64,000 nt of DNA from an uncultured Solirubrobacteraceae bacterium (GTDB taxonomy: Bacteria > Actinomycetota > Thermoleophilia > Solirubrobacterales > Solirubrobacteraceae): positions 46,553 through 110,552 of the forward strand of contig CAWJMO010000020.1 of assembly GCA_963843865.1 (NCBI GenBank), written 5' to 3'. Made by a program: the position numbers and the translations under genes. Each line of letters opens with the position of its first letter. The stretch's first letter is position 1. Positions 62,668 through 64,000 of the stretch are shown piece after piece. The notes under the pieces were generated by a model. It was not told the origin of the DNA. It ran no database searches and saw nothing but the letters and a program-made list of their open reading frames with translations.

Positions 62668-63191
62668 ACGGACCTGCACGCGGACCTGCCGGGCGTCAGC
62701 ACGGACGTACTCGCCTCGCGGCTGAAGGACATGGAGCGGGACGGCCTCGCGACGCAGGCGCCGGCTGCCGCCGCCCGGCGCGGCGTACGTCTACGAACTG
62801 ACCGGCCGAGAGGACGGGAGTTGCTGCCCGTGCTGCAGGCGCTGGGCCTGTGGGGCGAGGCCGAGCTGGGTGAGCGGCGGGCCACCGACGCCGTGCGGGC
62901 CCACTGGTTCGCGCTGCCGCTGCTGCGCGCGCTTGAGGAAGTCCCGGACAGTGAGGGGCTCGTCGAAGTGCGGCTGGAGGAGGGGACTTCCATCTGTACG
63001 TCGGCGCCGCGGACGGAGCGGTGTACGGGGACGGGCCCGCTCCCGGGGAGCCCGACGCCCGGCTGGTCCTGGATGCCGGGACGTGCGCGGCCGTCGCGCG
63101 CGGGGAGTTGAGCCTCACCGACGCGGTGCGGGACGGGCGGGTCGAGGTGACCGGCGACGGCACGCTCGCCAAGGCGCTCAGGGAGGCATGA
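62668..63191 (+). pseudogene. HxlR-type regulator remnant with a C-terminal SCP2-like domain; N-terminal winged-helix part and start codon missing
   Basis: TDLHADLPGVSTDVLASRLKDMERDGLAT...YVYELT..GRELLPVLQALGLWGEAEL, then ...LSLTDAVRDGRVEVTGDGTLAKALREA. The in-frame region opens only after a TAG at 62605 and has no ATG/GTG. It begins exactly at the IS right end. Confidence 0.6.
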
Positions 63192-63197
63192 CCACGG

Positions 63198-63235
63198 CAG
63201 AAGGCCCGCCGCACCGAAGAGCGGCGGGCCTTCTG
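63198..63235. terminator. bidirectional hairpin
   Basis: CAGAAGGCCCGCCGC accgaaga GCGGCGGGCCTTCTG, a perfect 15-bp stem between convergent genes. Confidence 0.6.
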
Positions 63236-63243
63236 ACGTGCCG

Positions 63244-64000
63244 TCAGGCTCCCGGCGGCACCCGCGCACGGCCGGCCCGAGCCGCGCGTCAGCGCGTAGC
63301 CGCCGACGCCCGCGAGCGCGGCCAGCACGCCGCCGATCGCCGTCCACACCCAGCGGTCGGACCACCAGCCGGACGACCAGCCGTCCTCGGGCTCGATGCC
63401 GGACAGGACGGCGAGTCGCGCCGAACCCTCGTCACTCTCGGACGCGGACGTCACCGCGATCCCCGGCACCAGCGGCTCGGCCAGCGAGCCGTCCACCGCC
63501 GGCGCGCCGCCGATGTCCTTGGAGTCGACCCGCACCTCGGCGCTCACCGGCAGGCCCAGGTCGGCCGTCGTGAGGTCAGCGACCGTCAGCCGGACGTAGT
63601 ACGTGCCCGGCAGCGGGTCGTTGGCCCACGGCTCCGACCAGGCGCGCACCGTGCGCAGCGTGCAGGCCAGCTCCACCGAGGCGGCGTCCTGCCGCGGCCG
63701 TGCTCGTCTGCGCCCCGTACTGGCAGGCCTGGCGGCGCCGCAGCCCGTCGTACACGTCGACCTGCCAGGTCTGCGGCCGGCGTGCGCGTCCGGCAGCTTC
63801 ACCGTCGCCTGGACGGTGGGGCGCTGTCCGGCGTCCGCGGGGAACGACCAGTACAGGTAGTCGCCCGTGGACGCCGCTCGCGGTGGCCTGCCTGGCCCTG
63901 GCTCGATCGCGGTCGCCGTACGGAAGGACGTGCCCGCCTCGGTCGGCGCGCGAACTCGTCGCTCCGAGCGCGCTCGGCGACGGCGAGGAGTCGGCCGCCG
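63244..64000 (-). CDS. C-terminally membrane-anchored extracellular protein, hypothetical; N-terminus outside the window; frame breaks
   Basis: ...PLPGTYYVRLTVADLTTADLGLPVSAEVRVDSKDIGGAPAVDG..., then TM helix WVWTAIGGVLAALAGVGGYAL. The stop at the complement of 63244-63246 is reached after one correction. Confidence 0.4.

Overview
High-GC actinobacterial DNA. From about 4.93 kb to 46 kb, the gene order and several protein sequences match what I remember of the Streptomyces coelicolor SCO5221-SCO5251 neighbourhood. That stretch holds def, the cyc1-cyp170A1 albaflavenone pair, nrdAB behind a cobalamin riboswitch, dasR-dasABCD-nagB with DasR boxes, pdtaS-wblE, ushX-sigH, and an EshB-type family 2B encapsulin with a polyprenyl synthase. 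YciI/ECF-sigma and pit-ppk2 modules follow. From 46 to 63 kb the region looks accessory. An intact IS1182-type element and an IS200/IS605 element (tnpA + tnpB) bracket a redox gene set: P450, ferredoxin, ferredoxin reductase, an ACAD-fold flavin monooxygenase with its flavin reductase, an ActIII-like ketoreductase, and MBL, SRPBCC and NTF2-like proteins. No KS/CLF/ACP is present. The first 4.9 kb (lipoprotein, serine hydrolase, Ser/Thr kinase, truncated epimerase) uses a different codon style and ends at an abrupt junction with a 5'-truncated def. Nearly every long gene needs 1-nt frame corrections, which looks like homopolymer indel error, so CDS coordinates are gene spans rather than clean ORFs. 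Two blocks (46.2-49.4 and 52.8-59.2 kb) are completely intact. No rRNA, tRNA or CRISPR array was seen. Every family assignment comes from motifs and memory, not from a database search.
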